Shown: positions 10,291-18,937 of the stretch, in pieces | Position numbering within the stretch: the first letter of the stretch is position 1 | Layout: each line of letters starts with the position of its first letter | Assembly: GCA_963762445.1 (NCBI GenBank) | Contig: CAVXLA010000010.1 | Span: 151,787 to 215,786 of the forward strand | Length of the DNA stretch: 64,000 nt | Direction: 5' to 3' | Source of the DNA: an uncultured Chloroflexia bacterium | Lineage (GTDB): Bacteria > Chloroflexota > Limnocylindria > Limnocylindrales > CSP1-4 | Program-made: the position numbers and the translations under genes | Notes under the pieces: generated by a model | What the model saw: the letters and a program-made list of their open reading frames with translations, nothing else | The model's database searches: none | What the model was told of the DNA's origin: nothing

Positions 10291-10310
10291 GTAGTTGCGC
10301 GTGCAACTAC
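10291..10310. promoter_or_regulatory. 8-4-8 inverted repeat (candidate operator) 20 nt upstream of the dioxygenase start
   Basis: GTAGTTGC-GCGT-GCAACTAC is a perfect 8-bp inverted repeat in the short leader of the minus-strand gene starting at 10271. Confidence 0.3.
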
Positions 10311-10599
10311 CCGTCATGTCCCTGCAGACAGCTCAGCCGGCGGTGGCCACCACCCAGCCATGGGCCGTCAGCCCGTCCGCCGGCCCACCATCCGATCCCG
10401 CAGCCAGGCGATGATCTCGTCCACGATCCGCTCCCCGTCGAACGGATCGTGGTGGGATTCGTGGCGGACGCCGGGGTAGACGCGGCGCTCCGTCGTGGTG
10501 AAGCGCGGGTCAGGAGCGGCGTGCGCTCGCGGGCGGCGACGGTCGCCACGCTCCACCGGGCGCCGGGCGGGGCAGGGGTGGTCGCGCGAGACATCCCGG

Positions 10600-11562
10600 T
10601 CACGCCTCCTCGAGCACGACCTCCGGCACGGCGCCGGGTGTCGTCTGGGCCAGGATCACGCCGCCGATGACGAGGACGCCGCCAAGCAGCTGGATCGGGC
10701 CCAGGCGCTCGTCGAAGAAGAGCGTCGCCAGCGTGATCGTCCAGACCGGCTCCACGGTGGAAACGAGCGCCGTCTGGGCGGCCCCGATCCGCGCCGTGGC
10801 CGCGTAGAAGGCGGAGACGGCCAGGGCCGTCGAGAAGACCGCGATCCCCAGCAGCCCGAACCATGCGCCGCCCGGGATCTGGCCCGGCAGGATCGGCTCG
10901 CCGGCGGCCAGGGCGAGGGCGGCCACCACCGCGAACGTGCCGGTGAGCATGAGCGCCGAGGCGACGGCCGGCCGCGTCTCGGCCCCGGCCCCGCCGGTCC
11001 GCGTGTCGGCCGTCTCGCCCCGTCGCTCGCCGGCCAGGCGGGCCGCCAGGATGATGTAGACGGAGTACAGGATCGGTGAGGCGACGATCAGGACGAGCCC
11101 GATCGGCTCGGCCCGGGTCTCGATGCCGCCGATCGTGAGGACGACGCCGGTCGTCACCAGGGCCAGGGCGGCCCACGGCCGCCGGCCCTGGAGCCCGTGG
11201 CCCCAGCGGATCGAGAGCACGGCCACGAGGGCCGGGTAGATGTAGACGATGAGCGCGGCCATCGACGCCGAGACGTACTGCAGCGACGCGTAGTAGGTCG
11301 ACGCGTTGCACACGAAGAGAGCCCCCAGGCCGAGGAGGGCGATCGCCCGTCGTCGCCGCAGCTCCCGGAGCGCCGCCCGGTTGTCGCGGAACAGGAGCGT
11401 CCACGCCCAGACGAGCGCGCCGGCGACCAGGAAGCGCCAGAACAGCAGGGTGAGCCAGTCGATCCCTGCTCCGTAGACGCTCTTGGCGAAGAGGGCCCCG
11501 GACCCGTAGCCGCACGCGGAGGCGGCCGCCAGGGCCACGCCGATGACGCGGTGGCGGTCCAT
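10600..11562 (-). CDS. EamA/DMT-family transporter
   Basis: ORF 10600..11910(-), start trimmed to ATG 11562 (MDRHRVIGVALAAASACGYGSGALFAKS...). About ten hydrophobic helices in two EamA-like halves. The upstream 116 codons are R/P-rich and overlap the korA leader. Confidence 0.8.
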   Translation of the reverse strand: MDRHRVIGVALAAASACGYGSGALFAKSVYGAGIDWLTLLFWRFLVAGALVWAWTLLFRDNRAALRELRRRRAIALLGLGALFVCNASTYYASLQYVSASMAALIVYIYPALVAVLSIRWGHGLQGRRPWAALALVTTGVVLTIGGIETRAEPIGLVLIVASPILYSVYIILAARLAGERRGETADTRTGGAGAETRPAVASALMLTGTFAVVAALALAAGEPILPGQIPGGAWFGLLGIAVFSTALAVSAFYAATARIGAAQTALVSTVEPVWTITLATLFFDERLGPIQLLGGVLVIGGVILAQTTPGAVPEVVLEEA

Positions 11563-11764
11563 CACCGCGAGCCTAGCAAAGGCGGGGTGCCCCGCGTCGC
11601 CCCCCCTCGACGCCACCGGACGCGCGCGACCAACACGGACGCGCGCAGGCGATCGGCGCAGCCGGACGCGTCGCCGTTCGTGCGGTACCCTACGGCGACC
11701 GGCCCGCGCCGCGCCGAACCCGCTGGTGCGCCGGCTTCGAGACCCAGGAGGATCGCGAGGTCCC

Positions 11765-13618
11765 GTGACGACCACGAAGGGCCACGAGGTGCCGGTCCAG
11801 GAGCTGGACCGCGTGACGATCCGCTTCGCCGGCGACTCCGGCGACGGGATGCAGCTGACGGGCACCCAGTTCACCCGGGCGACCGCCGTCTTCGGCAACG
11901 ACATCAGCACCTTGCCCGACTACCCGGCCGAGATCCGGGCGCCCGCGGGATCGCTGCCCGGCGTCTCCGGCTTCCAGATCAGCTTCAGCTCCAGCGACAT
12001 CCACACCCCGGGCGACGCCCCCGACGTCCTCGTCGCCATGAACCCGGCGGCACTCCGGACGAACGTGAAGGACCTGGTCCAGGGCGGCGCGATCATCGTC
12101 AACAGCGACGCCTTCACGCCTGCCAACCTGGCCAAGGCGGGCTACGCCTCGAACCCCCTCGGCGACGGGTCGCTCAAGGCGTACATGGTCTTCGAGATCC
12201 CGGTCTCCACGCTCAACGCGCGGGCGCTCGAAGGCCTCGACATGACCTCCAAGCAGGTCGACCTGACGAAGAACTTCTTCGCCCTCGGCGTCATGTTCTG
12301 GCTGTTCGAGCGGAGCATGGAGCCGACCCTCCGCTGGATCGAGGACAAGTTCGGCTCCCGCCCCGTCGTCGCGGAGGCCAACCGGCGGGCCCTGCACGCG
12401 GGCTACGCCTTCGGCGAGACGACCGAGATCTTCCACACCCGCTACGACGTCCCGGCCGCCCACCTCGCGCCCGGCACGTATCGCAACGTCACCGGCAACG
12501 AGGCCACGGCCCTGGGCTGCGTCGCCGCCTCGGCCCTGTCGGGCCGGCCCCTCGTCTACTCGACGTACCCGATCACGCCCGCCTCGGACATCCTCCACCA
12601 GCTCTCGGCCTACAAGAACTACAGCATCAAGACGTTCCAGGCCGAGGACGAGATCGCCGCCATCGGTGCCGCCCTCGGGGCCTCGTACGGGGGCGCCCTC
12701 GGGCTCACCGGCACGTCGGGCCCGGGCATGGCCCTCAAGGCGGAGATGCTCGGCCTCGCCGTCATGGTGGAGCTTCCCCTCGTCGTCGTGAACGTCCAGC
12801 GCGGTGGGCCGTCGACCGGCCTGCCGACCAAGACCGAGCAGTCGGACCTCCTCCAGGCGTTGTACGGCCGCAACGGCGAATCGCCGCTCCCGGTCGTCGC
12901 CCCGGTCTCGCCGGCGGACTGCTTCGACATGGCGATCGAGGCCTGGCGGATCGCGCTGACCTACATGACGCCCGTCGTCTACCTCTCGGACGCCTTCCTC
13001 GCCAACGGCACCGAGCCGTGGCTCGTGCCGTCCCTGGAGGACCTCCCCGACCTGCACGTGCCCAACCGGACGGAGGCGGCCGGCTTCTACCCCTACGACC
13101 GAGACCCCGAGACCCTGGCCCGGCCGTGGGTCGTGCCGGGCACGCCGGGCCTCGAGCACCGCATCGGCGGCCTGGAGAAGCTCGACGGCCTCGGCACGGT
13201 CAGCTACGACCCGGACAACCACCACCGGATGTCGCTCCTGCGCGCCGAGAAAGTGGCCCGCATCGCCCGCGACATCGCGCCCCTCGAGGCCTTCGGGCCG
13301 TCCGAGGGCGACCTGCTGGTCCTTGGCTGGGGCTCGACCTACGGCGCCATCCGGAGCGCCGTCGAGCGCCTTCAGGCGCGGGGCAAGAGCGTCGCCCACG
13401 CCCAGCTCCGCCACCTGAACCCGTTCCCGTCGAACACGGGCGACGTCCTCCGGCGTTACAAGACGGTGCTGATCCCGGAGATCAACCTGGGGCAGCTGCG
13501 GACCGTCATCCGGGCGGAGTTCCTCGTCGACGCGATCGGCTTCAACCTCGTGCGCGGCAAGCCGTTCACCATCGCCGAGATCGAGATCAAGGCCGAGCAG
13601 CTGCTCGGCGACCTGTGA
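11765..13618 (+). CDS. korA: 2-oxoacid:ferredoxin oxidoreductase, alpha (fused gamma/alpha) subunit
   Basis: ORF 11543..13618, start at GTG 11765 (AGGAGG at 11746-11751). IRFAGDSGDGMQLTG...YPAEIRAP..., NVTGNEATALG...YPITPASDIL...QAEDEIAAIGAALGASYGG...GTSGPGMALK...NVQRGGPSTGLPTKTEQSDL. Confidence 0.9.
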   Translation: MTTTKGHEVPVQELDRVTIRFAGDSGDGMQLTGTQFTRATAVFGNDISTLPDYPAEIRAPAGSLPGVSGFQISFSSSDIHTPGDAPDVLVAMNPAALRTNVKDLVQGGAIIVNSDAFTPANLAKAGYASNPLGDGSLKAYMVFEIPVSTLNARALEGLDMTSKQVDLTKNFFALGVMFWLFERSMEPTLRWIEDKFGSRPVVAEANRRALHAGYAFGETTEIFHTRYDVPAAHLAPGTYRNVTGNEATALGCVAASALSGRPLVYSTYPITPASDILHQLSAYKNYSIKTFQAEDEIAAIGAALGASYGGALGLTGTSGPGMALKAEMLGLAVMVELPLVVVNVQRGGPSTGLPTKTEQSDLLQALYGRNGESPLPVVAPVSPADCFDMAIEAWRIALTYMTPVVYLSDAFLANGTEPWLVPSLEDLPDLHVPNRTEAAGFYPYDRDPETLARPWVVPGTPGLEHRIGGLEKLDGLGTVSYDPDNHHRMSLLRAEKVARIARDIAPLEAFGPSEGDLLVLGWGSTYGAIRSAVERLQARGKSVAHAQLRHLNPFPSNTGDVLRRYKTVLIPEINLGQLRTVIRAEFLVDAIGFNLVRGKPFTIAEIEIKAEQLLGDL

Positions 13619-13628
13619 GGCCGGCCCG

Positions 13629-14666
13629 ATGACCACCCCGACGACGACGGCCGCCGAGCCGCTCAAGCTCACCCGCAAGGACTTCGCCAGCGACCAGGAG
13701 CCGCGCTGGTGCCCCGGCTGCGGCGACTACTCGATCCTGGCCCAGACGCAGAAGGTGATGCCCGACTTCGGGATCCCGAAGGAGAAGATCGTCTTCATCT
13801 CGGGGATCGGCTGCTCCGGCCGCTTCCCGTACTACATGAACACGTACGGCTTCCACTCGATCCACGGGCGGGCCCCGACGCTGGCGACCGGGCTGAAGGT
13901 CGCCCGCCCGGACCTCATGGTCTGGGTGGTGACGGGCGACGGCGACGCCCTCTCGATCGGCGGCAACCACATCCTCCACGCGATGCGCAAGAACGTCGAC
14001 ATCCGCGTGGTGATGTTCAACAACCGGATCTACGGCCTCACCAAGGGCCAGGCCTCCCCGACGTCGGAGCTCGGCCAGAAGACGAAGTCGACCCCGATCG
14101 GCTCGATCGACTACCCGATCCACCCGCTGATGATCGCCCTCGCCGCCGAGGCGAGCTTCGTGGCCCGCACGGTCGACACCCAGGTCGACCACATCCAGAA
14201 GGTCATGGAGCAGGCCGGCTTCCACCGCGGCTCGGCGTTCGTCGAGGTCCTCCAGAACTGCAACATCTTCAACGACGGGGCCCACCGCGCCTTCACCGAC
14301 CGCGAGGTGCGCGACGACCGGATGCTGATCCTCGAGCACGGCAAGCCGATGCTCTTCGGCAAGAACCGGGACATGGGGCTCCGCCTCGACGGGCTGCGCC
14401 CGGAGATCGTCCAGCTCGGCGTCGACGGCGTGACGGAGGCCGACATCATCGTCCACGACGAGACGAGCGAGGACCCGACGATCCACAACATGCTCGCCCG
14501 CATCTACTGGCCGGAGTTCCCGGTCCCGATCGGCGTGATCCGCAACGTCCCGCGGCCAACCCACGACGAGCTGATCGAGGCCCAGATCCGCGACGCGATC
14601 AACCGCCAGGGCGTCGGCGACATCGCGAAGCTCCTCGGCGGCGGCGAGACCTGGACCGTCCGATGA
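13629..14666 (+). CDS. korB: 2-oxoacid:ferredoxin oxidoreductase, beta (TPP-binding) subunit
   Basis: ORF 13629..14666. WCPGCGDYSIL...GIGCSGRFPYY...HSIHGRAP..ATG...VTGDGDALSIGGNH...NNRIYGLTKGQ. Confidence 0.9.
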   Translation: MTTPTTTAAEPLKLTRKDFASDQEPRWCPGCGDYSILAQTQKVMPDFGIPKEKIVFISGIGCSGRFPYYMNTYGFHSIHGRAPTLATGLKVARPDLMVWVVTGDGDALSIGGNHILHAMRKNVDIRVVMFNNRIYGLTKGQASPTSELGQKTKSTPIGSIDYPIHPLMIALAAEASFVARTVDTQVDHIQKVMEQAGFHRGSAFVEVLQNCNIFNDGAHRAFTDREVRDDRMLILEHGKPMLFGKNRDMGLRLDGLRPEIVQLGVDGVTEADIIVHDETSEDPTIHNMLARIYWPEFPVPIGVIRNVPRPTHDELIEAQIRDAINRQGVGDIAKLLGGGETWTVR

Positions 14667-15112
14667 GCGACGCGGGGGCGCCCGCCCCCGCCGGCGAGAC
14701 GGTCGCCGTCCTCGCGGACGACCTGATCTGGGCGACGCGCCTCGTCGGCCAGCTGCGGACGCTCGGTGCAGCGCCCGTCCGGGCCGGCACGGCCGGCGCG
14801 TTCGAGGCCGTCCTCGTCTCCGGGGCGGCGTCGCGGGCGGTCGTCGACCTGACGGCCCGGGCCTACGACGGGGTCGCCATGACGGCCCGCGCGGCGGCCG
14901 CCGGGCTGCGCGTCCTGTGCGTCGGCCAGCACGACGACCGGGCCCTCCGGCGGGCGGCCCTGGCCGCCGGCGCGGAGCAGGTGTACGCGTACCGGAAGCT
15001 CTTCGAGGACGGCCACGCCGCGCTCGCGGCCTGGCTCGGGGTCCCGGTGCCGGCGCCGGGCAGCATCTCCAGCCCCACCCCCACCGGCTCCCCGGAGGCT
15101 CCTCCCGCATGA
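14663..15112 (+). CDS. Hypothetical protein, weakly receiver (CheY-fold)-like, translationally coupled to korB
   Basis: In-frame tail of ORF 13709..15112 from ATG 14663 (ATGA overlap with the korB stop). MSDAGAPAPAGETVAVLADDLIWATRLVGQL...VVDLTAR...LRVLCVGQHDD...AEQVYAYRKLF. No family call is possible by eye. Confidence 0.5.
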   Translation: MSDAGAPAPAGETVAVLADDLIWATRLVGQLRTLGAAPVRAGTAGAFEAVLVSGAASRAVVDLTARAYDGVAMTARAAAAGLRVLCVGQHDDRALRRAALAAGAEQVYAYRKLFEDGHAALAAWLGVPVPAPGSISSPTPTGSPEAPPA

Positions 15113-16278
15113 GCGTCGCGCCCGCGACCGGCGACGTCCGGCCGTCCATCCCGACGACCCGCTTCGCGGACCGCGTCGCCCGCGCCCAGGCCGGCGCCCG
15201 CGCGCGCGGGCTCGAAGCGCTGCTGGTCGGCGTCGGCCCCGACCTCGTCTACCTGGCCGGGTACGCCGCCATGCCGCTCGAACGCCTGACGATGCTGGTG
15301 GTCCCGGCCGACGGGGCCGCGACGCTCGTCGTCCCGCGGCTGGAGGCGGCGCCCGCCCGGGGCTGCCCGGCGGCGGCCGGCGGCCACGTCGCGATCGCCA
15401 CGTGGGAGGAGACCGAGGACCCGGTCGCGTTCGTGCGGAGCCTGCTCCCGCGGGTCGTCGGCCGGCTCGGCGTCTCCGACCGCCTCTGGGCCCTCCACCT
15501 CCTGCGCTTCCAGGCGGCCCTCCCGGCGGCCGTCTTCGAGCCGGCGTCCGTGGTCCTGCGTGACCTCCGGATCGTCAAGGACGCCGACGAGGTCGCCCTC
15601 CTCCGCCTCGCCGCCCTGGCCGCGGACACCGTGATCCACGAGGTCGCTCACGGCCGCCTCGTCGGGCGGACCGAGGCCGAGGTCGCCCGCGAGGTCCGCG
15701 ACCGGCTCGTCGCCGCGGGGCACGACAGCGCCGAGTTCGCGATCGTCGGCTCGGGGCCCAACTCCGCCTCTCCGCACCACGAGGCGTCGGGCCGGGTGAT
15801 CCGGCGGGGGGAGCCGATCGTCCTCGACATCGGCGGCCCGCTGGGCGGCTACGGCAGCGACATCACGCGGACGATCTGGGTGACCGGCGGCGACGCCGCG
15901 TGCGGCCCCGACGACGAGTTCCTCCGCCTCTACTCGGTGCTCCGCGCGGCGCAGGCCGAGGCGACCCACGCCGTGCGGCCCGGCGTCGCCTGCGAGCGGA
16001 TCGACCTGGTGGCCCGGGAGATCATCTCGGCCGCCGGTCACGGGGCTCACTTCATCCACCGGACGGGCCACGGCATCGGCCTCGAGGGGCACGAGGACCC
16101 GTACCTCGTCTCCGGCAACGCCGAGGTGCTGGAGCCGGGCATGGCCTTCAGCGTCGAGCCGGGGATCTACCTCGAGGGCCGCTACGGCGCCCGCATCGAG
16201 GACATCGTCGTCTGCGGCGACGACGGCCCGATCGTCCTCAACGAGGCCCCGCGCGACCTGCTCGTCGTCACCGGCTAG
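15109..16278 (+). CDS. M24 family metallopeptidase (Xaa-Pro dipeptidase/aminopeptidase-like)
   Basis: ORF 14917..16278 from ATG 15109 (ATGA overlap with the previous stop). ...IVKDADEVALLR...GSGPNSASPHH...VLDIGG...GYGSDITRT...HRTGHGIGLEGHE...GMAFSVEPGIY...GARIED. Confidence 0.85.
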   Translation: MSVAPATGDVRPSIPTTRFADRVARAQAGARARGLEALLVGVGPDLVYLAGYAAMPLERLTMLVVPADGAATLVVPRLEAAPARGCPAAAGGHVAIATWEETEDPVAFVRSLLPRVVGRLGVSDRLWALHLLRFQAALPAAVFEPASVVLRDLRIVKDADEVALLRLAALAADTVIHEVAHGRLVGRTEAEVAREVRDRLVAAGHDSAEFAIVGSGPNSASPHHEASGRVIRRGEPIVLDIGGPLGGYGSDITRTIWVTGGDAACGPDDEFLRLYSVLRAAQAEATHAVRPGVACERIDLVAREIISAAGHGAHFIHRTGHGIGLEGHEDPYLVSGNAEVLEPGMAFSVEPGIYLEGRYGARIEDIVVCGDDGPIVLNEAPRDLLVVTG

Positions 16279-16280
16279 CG

Positions 16281-16298
16281 CTGTCGCGGTCGCGACAG
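16281..16298 (+). terminator. Candidate hairpin just after the M24 peptidase stop
   Basis: CTGTCGCG-gt-CGCGACAG begins 3 nt after TAG 16276-16278. No U-tract. Confidence 0.3.
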
Positions 16299-16472
16299 GC
16301 GCGCCGGTGCCGCCCCGACAGCGCCGCCGGCGCACCGGCGACGTCCCGGCAGGCTCGGGGATGCCGCCCCGACCGTCACGCAGCCGCTATCGCCCGCGCC
16401 ACGTCGGGGCGCACGATTCCCCTGTCTCCGGGAACAGGACGCACGAGGGCCGGAGCGCGAAGGGGGACTCCG

Positions 16473-16703
16473 ATGTTCGACCACACCGCACCGCTCCTGG
16501 TCCCGGGTCGGATGGCCGACCGCATGACCGAGGCCCGCGCCCGCCGTCTCGCGGCCGAGGCCGCGCCAGCCGCCGGGCACACGTTCTGGCTCACCGGCGG
16601 GCTCAGCTCCGCCGTCCACTCGGGCGCGGCGCTCGTGGCGCGCGTCCGGCACGTCGACGTGCGGCCGGGCTCGATGCTCGCGCCGGGCCACAATCGGGCC
16701 TGA
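16473..16703 (+). CDS. Small hypothetical protein (76 aa)
   Basis: In-frame tail of ORF 15900..16703. ATG 16473 is preceded by GAAGGGGGA. MFDHTAPLLVPGRMADRMTEARARRLAAEAAPAAGHTFWLTGG.... Confidence 0.4.
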   Translation: MFDHTAPLLVPGRMADRMTEARARRLAAEAAPAAGHTFWLTGGLSSAVHSGAALVARVRHVDVRPGSMLAPGHNRA

Positions 16704-16870
16704 CGCCCCGCGACGCATCGCCCCCCGACGCGCTCCCGAGGCCGCTGCCCGCAAGGGCGGCGGCCTCTTCATCCGCGCGGGCCGGTGACCGGCGGTATGA
16801 TCCGGCGCAGCCGGCCGATGCCGGTCGGCCCTCTCGTCCGTCACGCGGCCCACGCCGCGGAGCTGCCTCC

Positions 16871-17347
16871 ATGAGCGACCAGGAGCTGGAGCCGGTGGCC
16901 CAGCACGCGATCCCGCCCGGCGAGCGCGCGCTCGCCGGCGCCCCCGACGACGCGCTCCACGGAGCCGCGGCGTCCGCCCCCGACGAGGCCGCCCTCGCCG
17001 ACGCCGCTGCCGGCGCCACTGCCGGCGCCACCGGCACCCTCGATGGCGCTGCTGCCCCCGAGCCGCCCACCCCGTGCACCCAGGCGCAGCTGCGCCGGTT
17101 CATCAAGAGCCGGCCGTACGTGCCGCTGCACGAGCTGCGCCGGCGCTTCGGCCTCAACGGCGGCGACGACGACGTCTGCGGCGTCGACGTCGACGGCCGC
17201 CGCCTGTTCGTCGGGCTGCCGGAGCGGGAATCGGGGCTGCTGGGCGAGCTGCTCCGCCAGGGCGACGTCGGCTACGAGATTCTCCTCGACCCGACGAGCC
17301 CGATCGTCATCGGTGTCTTCCCCATGCGGCCCGTGCAGCGGCCCTGA
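16871..17347 (+). CDS. Hypothetical protein (158 aa), acidic Ala-rich N-terminus with an ordered C-terminal half
   Basis: Tail of ORF 16307..17347 from ATG 16871. ...CTQAQLRRFIKSRPYVPLHELRRRFGLNGGDDDVCGVDVDGRRLFVGLPERESGLLGELLRQGDVGYEILLDP.... Confidence 0.5.
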   Translation: MSDQELEPVAQHAIPPGERALAGAPDDALHGAAASAPDEAALADAAAGATAGATGTLDGAAAPEPPTPCTQAQLRRFIKSRPYVPLHELRRRFGLNGGDDDVCGVDVDGRRLFVGLPERESGLLGELLRQGDVGYEILLDPTSPIVIGVFPMRPVQRP

Positions 17348-17500
17348 AGGCTGCCGAGGGGGCACGGCGGGGGACAGGGAGGCTGTCGCGAGGACGACAG
17401 GGCGGCGGTCGCATCGACCCTTTACCCTCGGGACGTGCACGATCATGATCCGCATCACCGGATGCAATCCGGGAAGCTCGATCCCAAGGAGGATTGGACC

Positions 17501-18079
17501 ATGGCAAGGCGAATGGGCAGTGACGGCTTGAGCAGGCGACAGGACGAGGACGGCCTCACCAGGCGGCAGGCGACCAAGGACGACGTCGAGGGGCACAGCA
17601 GCTCCCGGCGCGCGGGCCCGGACGGCCTCAGCCGGCGCCAGGACGCCGACGGCATCAGCCGGCGCCAGGACGCCGACGGCCTCAGCAGGCGGCAGGCGAC
17701 CGAGGACGACGTCGAGGGGCACAGCAGCTCCCGGCGCGCGGGCCCGGACGGCATCAGCCGGCGCCAGGACGCCGACGGCCTCAGCAGGCGGCAGGCGACC
17801 GAGGACGACGTCGAGGGGCACAGCAGCTCCCGGCGCGCGGGCCCGGACGGCATCAGCCGGCGGCAGGACGCCGACGGCCTCAGCAGGCGGCAGGACGCCG
17901 ACGGCCTGAGCCGGCGACAGGCGACCGAGGACGAAGACGTCGAAGGGCACATGATCGGGGCGATGAACCCGGTCATGGCTCGGGACCTCGCCCGGGCGAA
18001 GGAGCGTGACGTGCAGCGCGCCGCATCCCGCGGCAACCTGATCAGCGACGCCAAGCGGGCCCTTCGCCGCAAGGAATAG
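17501..18079 (+). CDS. Highly charged tandem-repeat protein (DG[LI]SRRQ[DA][AT] nonapeptides interleaved with DDVEGHSSSRRAGP units)
   Basis: ORF 17435..18079. Start placed at ATG 17501 because AAGGAGG lies 7 nt upstream. A strong hairpin terminator follows. The antisense ORF 17455..18165 is open only because of the repeats. Confidence 0.7.
   Translation: MARRMGSDGLSRRQDEDGLTRRQATKDDVEGHSSSRRAGPDGLSRRQDADGISRRQDADGLSRRQATEDDVEGHSSSRRAGPDGISRRQDADGLSRRQATEDDVEGHSSSRRAGPDGISRRQDADGLSRRQDADGLSRRQATEDEDVEGHMIGAMNPVMARDLARAKERDVQRAASRGNLISDAKRALRRKE
17522..17950 (+). repeat. In-frame coding tandem repeat: ten 27-bp units, three 45-bp units and one partial unit; includes a near-perfect 99-bp higher-order duplication
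   Basis: Hand alignment gives gacggc[ct]t[cg]agc[ac]ggcg[gac]cagg[ac]cgcc x10 and ga/aaggacgacgtcgaggggcacagcagctcccggcgcgcgggcccg x3. 10x27 + 3x45 = 405 nt, which exactly spans 17522-17926. A partial EDEDVEGH unit follows. Confidence 0.9.
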
Positions 18080-18113
18080 GGCGAGGCCTCGCCAGGGATC
18101 GAGCACCCACGTG

Positions 18114-18145
18114 GACGAGGGCGGGCCGGGGGGCCCGCCCTCGTC
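18114..18145 (+). terminator. Intrinsic-terminator-like hairpin (14-bp perfect GC-rich stem, GGGG loop)
   Basis: GACGAGGGCGGGCC-GGGG-GGCCCGCCCTCGTC, followed by gcgTCTTcgg, 35 nt after the stop of the repeat-protein gene. Confidence 0.6.
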
Positions 18146-18232
18146 GCGTCTTCGGCGCCGCCCATTGCGGCACCCGTCGCCGGCTCGTAGCATTCGTTCG
18201 TCGAGTGCCGGCCGAGGCAGCGGGAGGATCAC

Positions 18233-18937
18233 GTGGCTGCGGAAGAGCGGGCGAACGCCGCGGAGGCGCTGCGGCGCTGCATCCTCTTCTCGCGGCTCGA
18301 CGACGAGACGCTGGCGCGCTGCATCGAGTCGCTGCGCAGCCGGCGCTACCGGCGCAACGAGACGATCTTCCACCAGGGGGACCCGGGCGACTCGCTCTAC
18401 GTGATCGAGAGCGGCGCCGTGAAGATCGTCCTCCCCGACCCCGAAGGCGAGGAGGGCGCCATCATCGCGACCCTCAATGCCGGCGACTTCTTCGGCGAGC
18501 TGGCCCTCCTCGACGGCGAAGATCACTCGGCGACGGCGATCGCGCTCGAGGCGACCGAGGCGCTGGTCCTCCGCCGCGACGCCTTCGATCGCCTCGTCGA
18601 CGAGGATCCCAACCTCCGGCGCGCCCTCTTCGCGGGTCTCGTCGGCGAGCTGCGCCGCCTCACCTACCATGTCGGCGAGCTCCACTTTCTCAACCTTCCC
18701 GGCCGCCTGGCGCGCCGGATCGTGAGGATGGCCCGCGAGGCCGACGCCGACGCCCACGGCGAGATCCACCTCTCGTGGCCGTTCTCCCAGTCCGAGCTGG
18801 CGGGGATGATCGGGGGGACCCGGCAGACCGTGAACCGCCTCCTCTCCGAGTTCACCTCCGAGGGGCTGATCCGGATCGAGAAGGAGTGGCTCGTCGTCCC
18901 GGACCTCGAGCGCCTGGAACGGGCCGCTGACCGGTGA
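18233..18937 (+). CDS. Crp/Fnr family transcriptional regulator (cNMP-binding domain plus HTH)
   Basis: ORF 18233..18937 (GTG start, GGGAGGA upstream). LFSRLDDETL...IFHQGDPGDSLYVIESGAVKI...GDFFGELALLDG..HSATAIA..., and a C-terminal HTH SQSELAGMIGGTRQTVNRLLSEF. Confidence 0.9.
   Translation: MAAEERANAAEALRRCILFSRLDDETLARCIESLRSRRYRRNETIFHQGDPGDSLYVIESGAVKIVLPDPEGEEGAIIATLNAGDFFGELALLDGEDHSATAIALEATEALVLRRDAFDRLVDEDPNLRRALFAGLVGELRRLTYHVGELHFLNLPGRLARRIVRMAREADADAHGEIHLSWPFSQSELAGMIGGTRQTVNRLLSEFTSEGLIRIEKEWLVVPDLERLERAADR

Noticed and set aside
17522-17950. Tandem 27-bp repeats considered as a possible CRISPR array
   Set aside because: The units are contiguous with no unique spacers. They stay in frame inside an ORF with a strong RBS and are interleaved with 45-bp coding units. 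No cas genes are present in the window.
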